DNA from: Actinomycetes bacterium
Lineage (GTDB): Bacteria > Actinomycetota > Actinomycetes > JAWWOW01
DNA: 64,000 nucleotides
Assembly (NCBI GenBank): GCA_045807285.1
Contig: JBJMHR010000018.1
Coordinates: 51,113 to 115,112, forward strand
Direction: 5' to 3'
Positions within the stretch are counted from its first letter, which is position 1; every line of letters begins with the position of its first letter. This document shows, piece by piece, positions 61,914-64,000 of the stretch. The notes under the pieces are model-generated. The model was not told the origin of the DNA. It searched no databases and saw only the letters and a list, made by a program, of their open reading frames with translations. The position numbers and the translations under genes were made by a program.

Positions 61914-63409
61914 GGAGAGGGGTCCTCCGCGTTCACCTGCGCCTCGGCTGCTGCCAAGGCAGCCGAGACACGCTCGGCCTCGCCGGCCGTCCGCGCCCGG
62001 ACGCCGGATTCAGGTGGGGTCTGTCGCCGCACGTCGATGACCTGCCCGGTGATGTCCGAGAGCAACACGTCGATCGACGTCAGTGCCACGGCACCGGACG
62101 CGAGCAGGGACTCGGGCGCCTCCTCGCCGAACGCACGAACGCGCATCGGCGTGAGCGTGCGCTCGGGGTTGACGCAGTTGACACGTACGCCGAAGTCGGC
62201 CCACTCGTCGGAGAGGGCCTGGGTGAGGTTCACGACCGCTGACTTCGTCGACGAGTAGACGCTGTAGTCGGCCCGGCCGCGGGTGTAGGAGCTCGATGTG
62301 TACAGCAGCAGGTGCCCCTTCGTCGCGGACAGGTAGGGCAATGCGAGGCGCGCAATCGTGAGGGGTGCGACGTAGTTGACGCGCACGCTCTCGTCGATGG
62401 CGGCCTCGTCGAGTTCGGAGAGCCGTCCCTTGTGCAGCACGCCCGCTGTGTTGACGACGTAGTCGATCCGGCCGGTGGTGTCGTGTGCCTGCGCGAGGGC
62501 AGCCTGGACGTCGTCGGCTCGTTCCACATGCGTGCCGGTCTCTGAACGGCTGAAAGCGAAAACATCGGCACCGAAACCGCGCGCCATCGCGACGATGTCC
62601 GCACCGATGCCATAGCTGCCGCCGAAGACGACAAGGGTGTGCCCGCGCATCCGCTCGGCGTAGTCGTCCGGCGTATCCGGCGGTGCGTGCGAGGCGAGCT
62701 GGAAGAGCTTGTCGGCGAGGAAGATGTCGACCGGGTGCGTGATCTTCATGTTGTGCTCGGCGCCGTTGACGACGTAGATCGGTACCTCGGGGAGATACTT
62801 CAGCACGACGCTGCAGTCGTCGGTGGCAGTGAAACCGGGATCTTGCGAGGCGAGTGCGTACGCCTTGCGAATCGTCGAGAGCCGGAAGCACTGCGGCGTC
62901 TGTCCACGGCGCAACCTGCCGCGGTCGGGAATCGAGACGATGACGTCGTTCTCGACCTCGACGATTGTGTCGGCCGACGGGATGGCGACGTCGACCGCTT
63001 CGTACGTCGCCAACGCGCGCACACAGTCTTCGACGATGCGCTGGTCGAGTAATGGGCGCACCGCGTCGTGCAAGAGCACGTTCGCCTCGGCTTCCGGGAT
63101 CGCGTCGAGTGCACGTTGCGTCGTCTCGTTGCGGGTTGCGCCACCCTCGAGCACCTGCCGCACCTTCGGGTACCGGTTGCCGAGCAGCGCGCTCACCTCG
63201 TCGGTGTAACCGGGGGTCATCAGAACGACGATGTCGTCGACGACGTCGCAGTTGTGCAAGCCCTCGACGGTGTGTTCGATGATCGCCTTGCCCGCGACCT
63301 TGACCAGTTGCTTCGGAGTCTGCAGGCCGACGCGCGTGCCGGTACCGCCGGCGAGGACGGCGGCGATGGTCCGGAGGTCGGTCCGGTGAGTGTGGCCGGA
63401 CCCGGTCAT
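61910..63409 (-). CDS. Bifunctional polyol-phosphate cytidylyltransferase / SDR reductase (Bcs1-like)
   Basis: LAGGTGTR, PKQL, GGATRN, HDAVRP, QTPQ, NMKIT; SDR half GGSYGIG, YSSTK, NPER. Confidence 0.88.
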   Translation of the reverse strand: MTGSGHTHRTDLRTIAAVLAGGTGTRVGLQTPKQLVKVAGKAIIEHTVEGLHNCDVVDDIVVLMTPGYTDEVSALLGNRYPKVRQVLEGGATRNETTQRALDAIPEAEANVLLHDAVRPLLDQRIVEDCVRALATYEAVDVAIPSADTIVEVENDVIVSIPDRGRLRRGQTPQCFRLSTIRKAYALASQDPGFTATDDCSVVLKYLPEVPIYVVNGAEHNMKITHPVDIFLADKLFQLASHAPPDTPDDYAERMRGHTLVVFGGSYGIGADIVAMARGFGADVFAFSRSETGTHVERADDVQAALAQAHDTTGRIDYVVNTAGVLHKGRLSELDEAAIDESVRVNYVAPLTIARLALPYLSATKGHLLLYTSSSYTRGRADYSVYSSTKSAVVNLTQALSDEWADFGVRVNCVNPERTLTPMRVRAFGEEAPESLLASGAVALTSIDVLLSDITGQVIDVRRQTPPESGVRARTAGEAERVSAALAAAEAQVNAEDPSP

Positions 63410-63481
63410 GCGGTCGGGCTCCTTCCAGTCGTCGCGAGCATACCGGGCCGGGGCGCACGCGGCCGTTACGCTGCGATCCAC

Positions 63482-64000
63482 ATGCTTGCCATCATCGACG
63501 CGTCCCGCACATCTTCTGCTGCCAAAAGCGTGCAACGGCTACGAGCACAGCTGAACGCTGTCGGCGTGATGGACGTCGTCGTGGCCTGCGATGACGACGT
63601 AGAGGTGGCGCTGCGCTCCAGCAAACCGCTCGGAGATGACGCCGTCGTCGTCAGCGGTGACATCGTCGTACACCTGCGTGCACTGCGCGCTTTCGTCGCT
63701 GCTAACGGTGCCCGGCTTCTGGTCAGCCGGCGTCCCATGGAAGACGCGAATCGGGTGCGCGTGGAGCAGGACCGGGTGGTGAGTTGCGGCTCGGCGTACC
63801 ACTCGGTGACCAATCCGAACGCGTGGAGCCTCGCCATTGCTGTTGTGCCGGGCCCCAAGCGGCAGCGCGTGGCCGATGAGCTGATGACATGGCGATCACT
63901 CGGAACTCCGCCGTCATCACCAGCGAGCATCGTCGCCGTCGCGCTCGTGCGGCGTACAGGTGGTGCTCGAGCGATCGACATTCGTGAGCTGATGTGGCGG
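63482..64000 (+). CDS. 5' part of a probable cell-wall-polymer gene (degenerate nucleotidyltransferase-like N-terminus)
   Basis: Open frame from ATG 63482 to the window end (MLAIIDAS..VVVSGDIV..VVSCGSAYHSVTNPN); TACGCT 9 nt upstream; absent from the ORF track. Confidence 0.55.
   Translation, partial: MLAIIDASRTSSAAKSVQRLRAQLNAVGVMDVVVACDDDVEVALRSSKPLGDDAVVVSGDIVVHLRALRAFVAANGARLLVSRRPMEDANRVRVEQDRVVSCGSAYHSVTNPNAWSLAIAVVPGPKRQRVADELMTWRSLGTPPSSPASIVAVALVRRTGGARAIDIRELMWR

Overview
High-GC actinobacterial chromosome segment with dense, compact gene packing. The gene order resembles the Streptomyces/Frankia core backbone as I recall it (not checked against a database): pcrA, lipase, B12-binding mutase subunit, sucCD, purNH, folD, icd, mdh, trpS, dac, mutase large subunit, lpdA, accA, pccE/pccB, birA, adenylate cyclase, DraR/K-like two-component system, gtrA, purKE, ugd, then a teichoic-acid-like cell-wall polymer locus. 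Accessory-looking inserts: (i) 6.6-8.55 kb, a small secreted Ser/Thr-rich beta protein with an aerolysin/ETX-like stem pattern, a divergent membrane-anchored ECF sigma factor, and a coupled small Cys-hairpin secreted peptide - the best candidate for an undescribed system; (ii) 16.5-18.1 kb, an FHA-LuxR regulator divergent from ACT-DUF3017-icd-mdh; (iii) 42.8-51.6 kb, a sedolisin with FG-GAP-like repeats, two methyltransferases, rmlA/B/C without rmlD, and an ArsR-SRPBCC-lipoprotein cassette. Many starts have a -10-like hexamer 6-9 nt upstream and no SD (leaderless), including overlapping bidirectional -10 boxes. A 48-bp loop-less palindrome sits between pccE and accA. I found no rRNA, tRNA, CRISPR array, integrase or transposase. 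All calls come from motif reading only.
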